A stretch of DNA of 64,000 nt from Rhodospirillales bacterium (lineage in GTDB: Bacteria; Pseudomonadota; Alphaproteobacteria; Micavibrionales; UBA1664). The notes beneath the pieces were generated by a model. It searched no databases, had not been told where the DNA came from, and was given only the letters and a program-made list of their open reading frames with translations. The position numbers and the translations under genes were made by a program. Location: assembly GCA_023898805.1 (NCBI GenBank), contig CP060260.1, positions 715,512 to 779,511 of the forward strand, in the 5' to 3' direction. This document shows positions 9,920 through 19,925 of this stretch, piece after piece (the stretch's first letter is position 1; every line of letters starts with the position of its first letter).

Positions 9920-10741
9920 TCAGGAATCGCGTCCGACAATATGCTCGATCGGCGTTTCGCCCGAAGGAACGGAAAGAAGCGAAATCTTTAGAATCGCGCG
10001 CGTCGGCGTGGTCGAGATCAGGTCGTGATTCTCTTTAAGCGACTCGGCAAAACGGTTGGCGGCCAGAAATGGCTCGTCCTCGCGCGATGGCCGTGACAGC
10101 AAAAGGCAAAATTGCGCGGACCTGATATGCCCGGCGATATCAGACGTACGGCGCGTACGGCTAATTGTCTTGCGCAGATTGCCGGCGACTTCCGCCGCGG
10201 CCTCAGCCCCATCCTTGGCGGCGATCTGGTCGAGATTTTCAACCTCGATGAAAATAAAGAATGATTCCTCGCCGTGCCGGTCTGCACGGTCAAGAGAGGT
10301 GATCCAGAGCTGGTTGAACGCGGATTTCGCGATGATCCCGTTTTTGGAGGGGAAATCCTCCGACTCGTCGGCCATCAACCGTGAGATTTTGGAAATCGAG
10401 GCCGCATCGCGCGCGGCCTTGAGCGCTTTCGCATCGTCGATCGGCTTTTGCAGTATGGCATTTCCGCCCGCCGCCAGCGCCTGAGCCCGGGTAAGATTGT
10501 GCGTAATCAGCACGAACGGCGGAAACGCCCCGGTGCTGCGCCGCACGCCGACGATGAAAGAGCGCATTTCGTTCTGCGGTACGGGGTCATAAAAAATAAC
10601 GTCGAAATCTTCCTTGCGGATCAGTTCGATGGCGCTGTTCTTGATCGGCTCCACCGCAACGCGGTTGCGCCCCTCGTCTTCCAGTAGACCGCGCAGGTGC
10701 TCGCAGGAATCACGGTCACGGTCGATAATCAGGATGTTCAT
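9920..10741 (-). CDS. Response regulator with degenerate GGDEF-like output domain
   Basis: N-terminal REC (IIDRDRD, DVIFYD, LITH, LQKP). C-terminal GGDEF fold in which the GGDEF position reads RSAQF (DIAGHIRSAQFCLLL). Confidence 0.7.
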   Translation of the reverse strand: MNILIIDRDRDSCEHLRGLLEDEGRNRVAVEPIKNSAIELIRKEDFDVIFYDPVPQNEMRSFIVGVRRSTGAFPPFVLITHNLTRAQALAAGGNAILQKPIDDAKALKAARDAASISKISRLMADESEDFPSKNGIIAKSAFNQLWITSLDRADRHGEESFFIFIEVENLDQIAAKDGAEAAAEVAGNLRKTISRTRRTSDIAGHIRSAQFCLLLSRPSREDEPFLAANRFAESLKENHDLISTTPTRAILKISLLSVPSGETPIEHIVGRDS

Positions 10742-10895
10742 GGTGCGGGCATCCGGCAGGAAAGGGTTGTTTCGGCCACGGCAGGACCGGCAATCCCGCT
10801 ATTCTATCAGCCAATTGACAGGCCTGACAATGCAGGTTAAGGAAAGGGCGCATTTTTTAACGGACGGTTTGGTAAGTAAGCCGACCAAATAGAAT

Positions 10896-10980
10896 GCCCA
10901 GATGGCGGAATTGGTAGACGCGCAGGTTTCAGGTACCTGTGCCGCGAGGCGTGGAGGTTCGAGTCCTCTTCTGGGCACCA
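10896..10980 (+). tRNA. tRNA-Leu (anticodon CAG), type II with long variable arm, CCA encoded
   Basis: Manual cloverleaf. Acceptor gcccaga/tctgggc; D arm gcg-gaattggtaga-cgc; anticodon stem caggt/acctg with loop ttCAGgt; variable arm; T arm ggagg-ttcgagt-cctct; discriminator A plus CCA. Confidence 0.95.
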
Positions 10981-11017
10981 TACTTCAAGGCCACCCGAAT
11001 ACGATTGGAAACATCCC

Positions 11018-11632
11018 ATGGCCATTCATCTGCATCACGGCGACCTGCCCGACGGATTATCCTTCGGCCCCGCGATCGCGGTGGACACCGAAACCTTGGG
11101 CCTGAAGCCAAAACGCGACCGGCTGTGCCTGGTTCAGATCTCGGGCGGTGACGGTGACGCGCATCTGGTCAAGCTAGGCCCCGACGATTACGAGGATGCA
11201 AAAAACCTCAAGGCCGTACTGGCAAGCCCGCGCCTGCTCAAAATCTTTCATTTCGCCCGCTTCGACATCGCGGTGATACAACATTATCTGGGCGTGCGCA
11301 CCACGCCCGTCTATTGCACCAAACTAGCGGCTAAACTGACCCGCACCTATACCGAGCGCAACGGCCTTAAGGAGCTGCTACGCGACCTTTTGCAGGTTGA
11401 AATCAGCAAGCAGCAACAGACTTCGGACTGGGGTGCGGACACGCTTTCCGACGAACAGTTGCAATACGCCGCCAACGACGTCCTGCACCTCCACGCGCTT
11501 AAAGAAAAACTCGACGTGCTTTTAAAGCGCGAGGAACGCGACCGTCTGGCGCAGGAATGTTTCGACTTCCTGCCCACCCGCGCCGAGCTTGATCTTCTTG
11601 AATGGGAAGATCCGGATATTTTCGCGCATTGA
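11018..11632 (+). CDS. RNase D-like 3'-5' exonuclease (DEDDy, short form)
   Basis: Exo I AVDTETLGL, then FHFARFDIAV and YAANDVLHLHAL (Exo III with Tyr). No HRDC domain (204 aa). Confidence 0.8.
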   Translation: MAIHLHHGDLPDGLSFGPAIAVDTETLGLKPKRDRLCLVQISGGDGDAHLVKLGPDDYEDAKNLKAVLASPRLLKIFHFARFDIAVIQHYLGVRTTPVYCTKLAAKLTRTYTERNGLKELLRDLLQVEISKQQQTSDWGADTLSDEQLQYAANDVLHLHALKEKLDVLLKREERDRLAQECFDFLPTRAELDLLEWEDPDIFAH

Positions 11633-11640
11633 TACCCCCG

Positions 11641-12612
11641 ATGAAAGACGCCCTCGATACCGCCCGCGCCGCCATCCTCGCCGAACGCGACGGGTTGGGT
11701 GCGTTGGCGGATGCGCTTGACCGACGTTTTGTGCACGCGATCGAAACACTGGAAAAGGCGCTCAAAACAGGCGGTCGCGTCATCATCACCGGCATGGGAA
11801 AATCCGGCCACATCGCGCGCAAGATCGCCGCGACCATGGCATCGACCGGCAGCCCGGCGCAATACGTCCACCCCGCCGAGGCCAGCCACGGCGATCTGGG
11901 CATGATCACCGAACGCGATGCGGTGATCGCGATTTCCAATTCCGGCGAAGCGCCTGAGCTTTCCGACATCATCGCCTATACCCGCCGTTTCGGTATTCCG
12001 TTGATCGGCATAAGCGCGAAACCGGCATCGACTCTGGCCCAGCATTCCGACGTTGTGCTGGCCCTGCCCGACATGCCCGAGGCCTGCCCCAACGGTCTGG
12101 CCCCGACCACTTCGACCACCACCGCTATGGCGCTGGGCGACGCGCTGGCGGTCACGCTTTTTGAACGTCGCGGCCTGACTCCGGAACAGTATCGCGTCTT
12201 TCATCCCGGCGGAAAGCTGGGCCAACGCCTGAAAAAGGTTTCGGACCTGATGGACCCGCTGGCCGATCTTCCGGTCATTGCCGCCGCCACCACAATGGAC
12301 AGGGCGTTATTGGTGATGACGGAAAAGAATCTAGGTTGCGTCATCGTCGAGGACGAAAAAGGCACGGTCGCAGGCATCATCACCGACGGCGACCTGAAAC
12401 GGCATATGTCACCGACGCTGCTCACCCAAACCGCGGGCGCGGTGATGACGGCCAACCCGAAATCCATCGCCCCCGACGCGCTGGCGGCCGAGGCGGTGGA
12501 CATGATGCTCAGGACCTTCAAAACCCCAATCACCAGCCTTTTGGTGATGAAGGATGGCCGCCTTGCGGGCCTGATCCGCCTTCAGACCTGCTTGCAGGCT
12601 GGCGTTCTGTGA
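11641..12612 (+). CDS. kdsD: Arabinose-5-phosphate isomerase (KpsF/KdsD; SIS + tandem CBS)
   Basis: SIS domain (GRVIITGMGKSGHIARKIAATMASTG, ISNSGE) followed by two CBS motifs. Start moved to ATG 11641. Confidence 0.9.
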   Translation: MKDALDTARAAILAERDGLGALADALDRRFVHAIETLEKALKTGGRVIITGMGKSGHIARKIAATMASTGSPAQYVHPAEASHGDLGMITERDAVIAISNSGEAPELSDIIAYTRRFGIPLIGISAKPASTLAQHSDVVLALPDMPEACPNGLAPTTSTTTAMALGDALAVTLFERRGLTPEQYRVFHPGGKLGQRLKKVSDLMDPLADLPVIAAATTMDRALLVMTEKNLGCVIVEDEKGTVAGIITDGDLKRHMSPTLLTQTAGAVMTANPKSIAPDALAAEAVDMMLRTFKTPITSLLVMKDGRLAGLIRLQTCLQAGVL

Positions 12613-12633
12613 CCGCCGCGATATAACAGGGTT

Positions 12634-13386
12634 ATGGCCGAATCCACCGAAAAAGGACCACAAAGCGATGCCCCCCCGCCCATACGGCTGGAGGCACTGA
12701 CCGATCGCCGCCGCAATATTCGCTTTGCCCCGGCCGAACGCGCCTATTCGCGCTTTGTCCACCATTTGCGCCGCATCCTCCCGATGACAGCATTGGGCAT
12801 CCTGGGCGTTGTCATGATCTGGCCCAAAATCGAAACCGAATTGGCACAGCGCCGCTTCGCGCCCTCCAGACTGGACAAGGCCGCGCTGGAAAAGGCCGCA
12901 TCCGAAAACCGGCTGATCGGGGCGGATTTTTCGGCCCTCGACTCCAATGGTCGCCCGTTTAGCATTATTGCGAAACAGGCGATTCAAAAGAACGACGACC
13001 CGGATACAGTGATTCTGGAAGACCCGCGCGGTACGTTGCGCCTAAACGCGGATACCACCCTCTCCGCACAGGCGAAACAGGGTCTGTACGCGCAGGAAAG
13101 TCGGCACCTGACCCTTGAATCCGATGTCGTGCTGACCCGTTCCGACGGCACGACTATGACCACGCAAGAGCTTTTCGTGGATCTGATGACCAATGATTCC
13201 CACACAAACATGCCGGTTGCGATCGACGGGCCGCAAGGCCACCTGACCGCGCAGGGTATGGATATGACCGATGGCGGTGCGGTGACGATCTTTGCCGGCC
13301 CGGCGAAACTGATTTTATATTCCACTGGCGACACGCCAAACCCGGCGCCAAGCCAGACCGCCACTGAACCGAAAGGCAAGCCATGA
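12634..13386 (+). CDS. lptC: LPS export protein LptC
   Basis: Single N-terminal TM anchor plus beta-jellyroll-like periplasmic part. Position immediately upstream of lptA/lptB; stop overlaps lptA start. Confidence 0.75.
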   Translation: MAESTEKGPQSDAPPPIRLEALTDRRRNIRFAPAERAYSRFVHHLRRILPMTALGILGVVMIWPKIETELAQRRFAPSRLDKAALEKAASENRLIGADFSALDSNGRPFSIIAKQAIQKNDDPDTVILEDPRGTLRLNADTTLSAQAKQGLYAQESRHLTLESDVVLTRSDGTTMTTQELFVDLMTNDSHTNMPVAIDGPQGHLTAQGMDMTDGGAVTIFAGPAKLILYSTGDTPNPAPSQTATEPKGKP

Positions 13387-14204
13387 CCGTGATGCCGTTC
13401 CGTATTGCCTTGATCGTGCTGACCCTGCTGTACGCAGGCGCGGCGGGCGCGCAGGATTTCAAGCCCTCGAAGGAACCGATCGAGGTGACGGCGAAAAAAT
13501 CGCTGGAATGGAACCGCAACAAGAAACTTTATATCGCACGCGGGCTTGCGGTCGCGAAACAGGGTACGAGCGAACTGCACGGCGACACGCTGACCGCGAA
13601 ATACGTCGATGGCAAGACCGGCAAGGGATCGACCATTACCCGTATCGACGCGGCGGGCAATGTCACCGTCGTCTCCGACGGCTCCACCGCCACCGGCGAT
13701 CAGGGCTATTACGACGTCGCGAGCGGCTATGCCGAATTGACCGGCAGCAATCTGAAACTGACCTCGAACGGCGGCGATACCGTTACCGCCCGCGACAAAC
13801 TCACCTATGAAGCCGGCGCAAACCAGGCGAATGCGTACGGCAACGCGCGTGCCACCCGCGGCAGCGACGTCATCACCGCCGACCGTCTGATCGGCCGCTT
13901 TGAAAAAGCCTCGGACGGCACCTCGAAAATGAAGGAGATGGAGGCCATAGGCAACGTCGTTATCACCACGCCGACCGATGTACTGCATGGCGATCGTGGC
14001 ATCTATTACGCCGCCAGCAACACTGCGACCGTGACCGGGCACGTACGCATCGACCGCGGCCCGAACGTGATTACCGGCGCACGCGGCGAAATCGACATGA
14101 ACACCAATATTTCCAAAATATTCGGCGGCCCGGCTACGACCGGAACTGGCGCAACCAGCGACGATGGCCGCGTACGCGGGGTATTTTACCCCGACTCGCA
14201 ATGA
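13383..14204 (+). CDS. lptA: LPS export periplasmic protein LptA (OstA-like)
   Basis: Signal peptide, then repetitive OstA-type beta strands (GDTLTAKY, GNVTVV, GDRGIYY, TVTGHVRI). Confidence 0.85.
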   Translation: MTVMPFRIALIVLTLLYAGAAGAQDFKPSKEPIEVTAKKSLEWNRNKKLYIARGLAVAKQGTSELHGDTLTAKYVDGKTGKGSTITRIDAAGNVTVVSDGSTATGDQGYYDVASGYAELTGSNLKLTSNGGDTVTARDKLTYEAGANQANAYGNARATRGSDVITADRLIGRFEKASDGTSKMKEMEAIGNVVITTPTDVLHGDRGIYYAASNTATVTGHVRIDRGPNVITGARGEIDMNTNISKIFGGPATTGTGATSDDGRVRGVFYPDSQ

Positions 14205-14253
14205 ACCGCATGAAAGTTGACGGATTTCGGGTCCTGATCTATCCCTTAAGGCG

Positions 14254-15030
14254 ATGAACGCAAGCGCGAACACACAAGCGAAAAACAAGGCGCGTCTGCG
14301 CCCGGTCGAACCCGGCCTGTCCGCCCTGCATATCGCCAAGTCATACAAGAAGCGCCCGGTGCTGCGCGACGTGTCCGTGCGCGTTGAACGCGGCGAATCG
14401 GTCGCGCTGCTTGGTCCTAACGGCGCGGGCAAGACAACGCTGTTCTACATCATGACCGGGCTGATCCACGCCGATGGGGGCAACATCCTGATCGACGGAC
14501 AGGACATCACCCGCCTGCCGATGTACCGCCGCGCCCGTTTGGGCATCGGTTATCTGCCGCAGGAAGCCTCGATCTTTCGCGGCCTCGACGTCGAAGACAA
14601 TATCCGCGCGGTCCTTCAGGGCGGCGACCTGAGCGACGCCGACCAAAACCGCTTTCTTGAAGAATTGCTGGAGGAATTTTCGATCGCGCATTTGCGGCAC
14701 ACCCCCTCGGTCGCCCTCTCCGGCGGCGAGCGGCGGCGGCTGGAAATCGCGCGCGCGCTGGCCTGCCGCCCGAAATTCATGCTGCTTGACGAACCGCTGG
14801 CGGGCATCGATCCGATCGCGGTGGGCGACATCCGTATGCTGATCGCCTATCTCAAGACACGCGGGATCGGCGTACTGATCACCGACCACAACGTGCGCGA
14901 GGCGCTGGATATCGTCGACCGCGCCTATATCCTGCACGATGGCCAGGTACTGACCGAAGGCAGCCCGCACGAAATTGTCGCGCATGACGAGGTCAAGCGC
15001 GTCTATCTGGGTGAAAAATTCTCGCTCTGA
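14254..15030 (+). CDS. lptB: LPS export ABC ATPase LptB
   Basis: Walker A GPNGAGKTT, signature LSGGERRRLEIARAL, Walker B MLLDEP. Conserved position before rpoN. Confidence 0.95.
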   Translation: MNASANTQAKNKARLRPVEPGLSALHIAKSYKKRPVLRDVSVRVERGESVALLGPNGAGKTTLFYIMTGLIHADGGNILIDGQDITRLPMYRRARLGIGYLPQEASIFRGLDVEDNIRAVLQGGDLSDADQNRFLEELLEEFSIAHLRHTPSVALSGGERRRLEIARALACRPKFMLLDEPLAGIDPIAVGDIRMLIAYLKTRGIGVLITDHNVREALDIVDRAYILHDGQVLTEGSPHEIVAHDEVKRVYLGEKFSL

Positions 15031-15062
15031 TTCCGGGCCGTGCGGTGCTATCCTTGCGCCGC

Positions 15063-16556
15063 ATGGCCGATTTCAAGCCCAAGATCACGCTGGAACTGAA
15101 AAACGCGCAGGCGCTCGTCATGACGCCGCAACTGCGCGAGGCGATTTCGCTGCTTCAGCTCAATAATATCGAGCTTGCCGGTTATCTTGAAAACGAACTG
15201 GCCGAAAACCCTTTCCTTGAAAAAGACGAAAAATCCCCGGATGGCGAGGATGGCGGTTCAGACGACGTCGCACCGGAATCCGCACCCGAAGGCGGCGAAA
15301 GCGACCCGATGGATGAAGCCTTCGCCGGCGAAGGCTTCGACACCGGATCCGACTGGGCGAATGTCGGCAAGGGCGGCAGCGTCAGTTTCGATGAAAACGA
15401 CGAAAGCTTCACCGACCGCGTCTCGGAAAAAAAGACCCTGCGCGCGCATCTGATCGAACAACTGACGATCATGGCCGACCAGCCGGCGGATCGTATGATC
15501 GGCACGCTTTTGATCGACCGTCTGGATGAAGCCGGCTATCTGCGCGAGGACATCGAAATTCTGGCCCAGCAACTGGGTTGCCCGAAGGCGCGGATCGACG
15601 CGCTGCTCAAGCGCATGAAGGCCTTCGATCCGTCCGGGGTGTTCGCGCACGATCTTTCCGAATGTCTGGCCCTGCAACTGGCCGAACGCGACCGCCTCGA
15701 CCCCGCGATGCAGGCCTGCCTTGCCAATCTGCAGAAAGTGGCGGACGGCGATCTCAAGGGACTGGCCCGTATCTGTGGGGTGGAGGTCGAGGACGTGGCC
15801 GACATGATTCGCGAGATTCGCGAACTCAACCCAAAGCCTTCCGCCAGCTTCGATCACAGCATAGCCCAAACCGCCCTGCCAGACGTGGTGATGCGCCCGA
15901 TCCCGAAACACCTGGGCGGCGGCTGGAAAGTCGAACTCAACCACGACACGCTGCCGCGCGTGCTGGTCAACCGTGAATACGCGAACATCGTGATGAACGC
16001 GCATGTGGGACAGGCCGACCGGCTCAAACACATGGACAAACAGGACAAGACCTATCTGAACGACCGGCTGGCCTCGGCCAACTGGCTGGTCCGCGCGCTG
16101 GACCAGCGCGCGCAGACGATCCTCAAGGTCGCCTCGGAAATCATCGAACGGCAGGACGGGTTTTTCCTGTTCGGCGTCGAATTCCTCAAACCCTTGACCC
16201 TGCGCGACATCGCCGAAACGGTGGGCGTCCACGAAAGCACGGTCAGCCGCGTCACCATGAACAAATTCATCGGCACGCCGCGCGGGCTTTTTGAACTCAA
16301 ATATTTTTTCGATTCCGGCGTCGGCGCCGCGGGCGGCACCGAACTGGCGGCCGAGGCCATCAAGGCCAAGATCAAGACCATGATCGACGCGGAAACGCTG
16401 GATACCGTGCTGTCTGACGATGACATCGCCGAAAAACTCAAGGCCGAAGGAATCGACATCGCCCGCCGCACGGTCGCGAAATACCGCGAGGCGGTAGGCA
16501 TCGGCGCGTCGTCCGAACGCCGCCGCCGCCTGAAAAACAAGTCCGCCCTCGGCTAA
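15063..16556 (+). CDS. rpoN: RNA polymerase sigma-54
   Basis: Region I (QALVMTPQLREAISLLQL), acidic region II, C-terminal HTH and RpoN box ARRTVAKYR. Start moved to ATG 15063 (track start is GTG 15045). Confidence 0.95.
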   Translation: MADFKPKITLELKNAQALVMTPQLREAISLLQLNNIELAGYLENELAENPFLEKDEKSPDGEDGGSDDVAPESAPEGGESDPMDEAFAGEGFDTGSDWANVGKGGSVSFDENDESFTDRVSEKKTLRAHLIEQLTIMADQPADRMIGTLLIDRLDEAGYLREDIEILAQQLGCPKARIDALLKRMKAFDPSGVFAHDLSECLALQLAERDRLDPAMQACLANLQKVADGDLKGLARICGVEVEDVADMIREIRELNPKPSASFDHSIAQTALPDVVMRPIPKHLGGGWKVELNHDTLPRVLVNREYANIVMNAHVGQADRLKHMDKQDKTYLNDRLASANWLVRALDQRAQTILKVASEIIERQDGFFLFGVEFLKPLTLRDIAETVGVHESTVSRVTMNKFIGTPRGLFELKYFFDSGVGAAGGTELAAEAIKAKIKTMIDAETLDTVLSDDDIAEKLKAEGIDIARRTVAKYREAVGIGASSERRRRLKNKSALG

Positions 16557-16671
16557 GTTAAAATCTTCTTAAAGAATAAAGACCAGACTTGAAATAAGGG
16601 GGCTTCAGGCCCATGTCTAAACCGGCTATATTGCCCCTTGTCCCATAAACAAAAATTCAGGAGTGCAATCC

Positions 16672-17316
16672 ATGAATCTGTCCGTCAAAGGCCAACACGT
16701 GGATGTCGGCGAAGCTTTACGCGCCCATATCGAAGAAAAGATGGAAAATCTGAAATCCAAGTATTTCAACCGCGTCACGACCGCGACCGTCTTTTTCAGC
16801 CGCGAAGGGCACTATCTTTTCCGCTCTGCCGTAACTTTCCATGTCGGTCACGACATCAAGGTGCAGGCGACATCGGAAAATGCCGATGCCTATGCCGCCT
16901 TCGATGACGCGCTTGAACGCGTGGGCAAGCAGTTGCGCCGTTACAAGACGCGCCTGCGCGACCACCATGAGCGGCTGGAAAAGACACCGGAAAGCGCCTA
17001 TCTGCAAGCGCGCGACTACACCCTCCAAACCGACGAGGCGGATCTGGAGGAAAACGAACAAACCGCCCAGATGAACGAGCCGCAACAGCTATCGGGCAGC
17101 GAAGACCACGTAATCATCGCCGAAACCACGACCCAGATTCCCGCGCTCAGCGTTTCCGAGGCGGTGATGCGCATGGATCTGGCCGATCAGGATTTCATGC
17201 TGTTCAAGAACGCCAAATCCGGTGGGCTGAACGTTGTCTACCGCAGACCCGACGGGCATATCGGTTGGGTCGACCCCTCGATGACCGAAGGGGCCTCTTC
17301 GACCCGCGCCGCCTGA
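16672..17316 (+). CDS. hpf: Ribosome hibernation promoting factor (long form)
   Basis: MNLSVKGQHVDVGEALRAHIEEK N-terminal S30AE domain plus C-terminal dimerisation domain. AGGAG 8 nt upstream of ATG 16672. Confidence 0.9.
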   Translation: MNLSVKGQHVDVGEALRAHIEEKMENLKSKYFNRVTTATVFFSREGHYLFRSAVTFHVGHDIKVQATSENADAYAAFDDALERVGKQLRRYKTRLRDHHERLEKTPESAYLQARDYTLQTDEADLEENEQTAQMNEPQQLSGSEDHVIIAETTTQIPALSVSEAVMRMDLADQDFMLFKNAKSGGLNVVYRRPDGHIGWVDPSMTEGASSTRAA

Positions 17317-17338
17317 ACCGGCCTGAACCCAACACGGA

Positions 17339-17371
17339 CAGCGGAATGGTTTCCATTCCGCTGTTTTTTTT
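17339..17371 (+). terminator. Rho-independent terminator after hpf
   Basis: cagcggaatgg-ttt-ccattccgctg followed by T8. Confidence 0.85.
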
Positions 17372-17438
17372 ACCCGCTAAAAGCCCTGATTTGAATTATG
17401 GAATGGACAAATGCCATAACATAAATTAAAGAATACCA

Positions 17439-18071
17439 ATGTTCTGGAAACATCAATTCAGGCACATACTTGTATCACTGGGCATGCTGGCATCACTTGT
17501 GCCGTATAGCGTCACGCATGCCATGCAGCCAACCGACCCATGGGACCGCCCCGTAGGCATGATCCCCATGGGCGCCAGCGTAAGCGCGCCCGCTGGCTTT
17601 CTCGATTTCTGCCGCCGCCACCCCGAGGATTGCCTGCCCGCCGCGCCATCCTATGCCCGCCCGCAACTGACCACGCGGCGGATGCGCGAACTCAACGACG
17701 TCAACCGCGAGGTCAACGAGGACATTTTCTTTAACTCCGACCTCGTCGATCACTGGGATTATCCGCAAGACAATATCGGTGATTGCGAGGACATCGTGAT
17801 CGAAAAGCGCCGCCGCCTGATGGACCTGGGTTGGCCTGAGGAATCACTGCTGATAACGATCGTGCGTCTGAAACAGGCCGACTTCGCCGACCGCACGACC
17901 CACGCCGTATTGACCGCACGCACCGCGCAAGGCGATTATATCCTCGACAACGAAATGCGCTTTGCTGTGCCGTGGACGCGCGCAGCCGAACTCTTTGATT
18001 ATGTGATGATTCAAAGCGAACAGAATCCAAAGCGCTGGGCGCTGGTTGATTCCGCGCCGCGCACGCCCTAA
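17439..18071 (+). CDS. Periplasmic transglutaminase-like cysteine peptidase (BTLCP / LapG-type family)
   Basis: Signal peptide; Cys-His-Asp arrangement GDCEDIVIEKRRRL .. HAVL .. LDN, typical for BTLCP. Confidence 0.75.
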   Translation: MFWKHQFRHILVSLGMLASLVPYSVTHAMQPTDPWDRPVGMIPMGASVSAPAGFLDFCRRHPEDCLPAAPSYARPQLTTRRMRELNDVNREVNEDIFFNSDLVDHWDYPQDNIGDCEDIVIEKRRRLMDLGWPEESLLITIVRLKQADFADRTTHAVLTARTAQGDYILDNEMRFAVPWTRAAELFDYVMIQSEQNPKRWALVDSAPRTP

Positions 18072-18080
18072 ATTCACGAC

Positions 18081-18530
18081 ATGCTCAAGACCATCATCGC
18101 TCTCACCGTGCTTGTCGCACTGGCCCTTTTCCTGTCGCCCTACTACACCGTCACGCGCCTTGCCGCCGCGCTGGAGGATGAAAACCCGAAGGCCGTCGCC
18201 ACCTATGTCGACGTGCAGGCGGTACAGGCCTATCTTCAACGCGATCTGGCCGCGCGCGGACAGGCCGAAGGCGGCGGGCTTGGAAAAATGATCGGCAACT
18301 TGGCGGGCGCGGCGGCGGGGTCGCTGGTCACCCCGGATACGATGGTCGCCGTTCTCAAGGACCGCCAGCCGCGCGAGGCGCTGGGCATCAGCGATTCATG
18401 GAAACGCGTGCTGCGCGACGGCCACTGGATTTCAACGGATCAGTTCGTGCTGACCAGCCCTGAAGGCAAACCCGCAGCCTTGCTTACCCGTCACGGCGTA
18501 AACTGGCAGGTCACAGGCATCCGCCTGTAG
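18081..18530 (+). CDS. Membrane-anchored hypothetical protein (DUF2939-like)
   Basis: N-terminal TM helix MLKTIIALTVLVALALFLSPYY followed by a soluble domain; family assignment from memory only. Confidence 0.5.
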   Translation: MLKTIIALTVLVALALFLSPYYTVTRLAAALEDENPKAVATYVDVQAVQAYLQRDLAARGQAEGGGLGKMIGNLAGAAAGSLVTPDTMVAVLKDRQPREALGISDSWKRVLRDGHWISTDQFVLTSPEGKPAALLTRHGVNWQVTGIRL

Positions 18531-18531
18531 C

Positions 18532-19893
18532 CTATTCAGCATACCATTCCGTACCGCCCGGCCCGTCCTTGAGCGTCACGCCCATCGCGGCCAGCACGTC
18601 ACGCAACCGGTCCGATTCCGCCCAGTTTTTCGCGGCCCGCGCGGCGTTGCGTTCGGCCACCAGTTTCTCGACCGCCTGCGCATCGACGCGGCGCACGCGC
18701 CCCGTACGTTCAAGCGCCGCGCGCCACTCCGCCGGTGTCTCGGCAAGCAACCCCATGATCTGCGCCGACGCGCGCAAAGCCGCGCCGTCCCCGGCCTTGG
18801 CCAGCGCATGCAGCCGCGCGATGGCCAGCGGCGTGTTCAGATCGTCACACAACGCGTCGATAAAGGCCGCGTCCGGTTTGCCGCCTTCCGCCGCCTGCCC
18901 CGCAGCCTCGATGACCGCGTAAAAACGCGAAAGCGTGCGGACCGCTTCCTCCAGCCCCGCCTGCGTCCAGTCGAAGGGCTGGCGGTAATGCGTGGCCAGA
19001 AGCGCAAAGCGAATCGCCTCGCCCGGCGCGTGCGCGATCAAATCGTGGACCAGCAGCACGTTGCCGATCGACTTCGACATTTTTTCGCCCTCGACCGCCA
19101 AAAACCCGTTATGCAGCCACACCCGCGCGAAACCTGTATCGTCGTGCGCGCATACGCTTTGCGCGATTTCGTTTTCATGGTGCGGAAAGGTCAGGTCCAG
19201 CCCGCCGCCGTGAATGTCGAAATCGCGGCCCAGGAATTTTTCCGCCATCGCCGAGCATTCGATATGCCAGCCCGGCCTGCCGCGTCCCCACGGGCTTTCC
19301 CAACCCGGCTGGTCGTCGGAAGACGGCTTCCACAAAACGAAATCGGCGGGATCCTTTTTATAGGGCGCGACATCGACCCGCGCGCCCGCGATCTGCTCGT
19401 CGCGATTGCGCCCGGACAGGCGCCCATAATCCGGAAACGACGGCACGTGGAACAGCACATGACCTGTTGCTTCATAGGCGTGCCCGCGCGCGACAAGGCT
19501 TTCGATCAACGCGATCATCTCCGGGATCGTGTCTGTGGCGCGCGGCTGGCGATCCGGCGCAAGTACGCCCAACGCAGCCATGTCGGCGTTATAGATATCG
19601 GTGTATTTGCGCGTGATCGCATCGATCGGCTGGCCCGTTTCCTGCGCCGCGGCCATGATCTTGTCGTCGATGTCGGTAATGTTCGAAACATATTCGACCC
19701 GCCCGTACAACAAGGTCAAAATCCGTCGCAGCACGTCGAACACCACCGCGGGCCGCGCATTGCCGATATGCGCGTAGTTATAGACCGTGGGGCCGCAGAC
19801 ATAGACGCCGATGCGCGCGGGATCAAGCGGCTCGAAGACCTGTTTGCGGCGGCCGAGGGAATTGGTGAGCTTCAGCGTATGTGTCGTATCCAT
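18532..19893 (-). CDS. cysS: Cysteine--tRNA ligase
   Basis: HIGNARP (HIGH) and KMSKS motifs, WHIECS zinc-site motif. Start moved to ATG 19893 (MDTTHTLKLTNSLG). Confidence 0.95.
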   Translation of the reverse strand: MDTTHTLKLTNSLGRRKQVFEPLDPARIGVYVCGPTVYNYAHIGNARPAVVFDVLRRILTLLYGRVEYVSNITDIDDKIMAAAQETGQPIDAITRKYTDIYNADMAALGVLAPDRQPRATDTIPEMIALIESLVARGHAYEATGHVLFHVPSFPDYGRLSGRNRDEQIAGARVDVAPYKKDPADFVLWKPSSDDQPGWESPWGRGRPGWHIECSAMAEKFLGRDFDIHGGGLDLTFPHHENEIAQSVCAHDDTGFARVWLHNGFLAVEGEKMSKSIGNVLLVHDLIAHAPGEAIRFALLATHYRQPFDWTQAGLEEAVRTLSRFYAVIEAAGQAAEGGKPDAAFIDALCDDLNTPLAIARLHALAKAGDGAALRASAQIMGLLAETPAEWRAALERTGRVRRVDAQAVEKLVAERNAARAAKNWAESDRLRDVLAAMGVTLKDGPGGTEWYAE

Positions 19894-19925
19894 GATCGGG
19901 AGTAAACCCGATGCGGCGGGGTTTT

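Noticed and set aside
10815-10843. TTGACA-N17-TAAGGA as tRNA-Leu promoter
   Set aside because: The -35 is perfect but the -10 is poor. A better -10 (TAGAAT, 10890-10895) abuts the mature tRNA 5' end and cannot be used. Left uncalled.
10799-11111. Several 60-70-aa ORFs overlapping the tRNA-Leu gene on both strands
   Set aside because: They are explained by the tRNA and the rnd-like gene start, and are artefacts of the six-frame scan.
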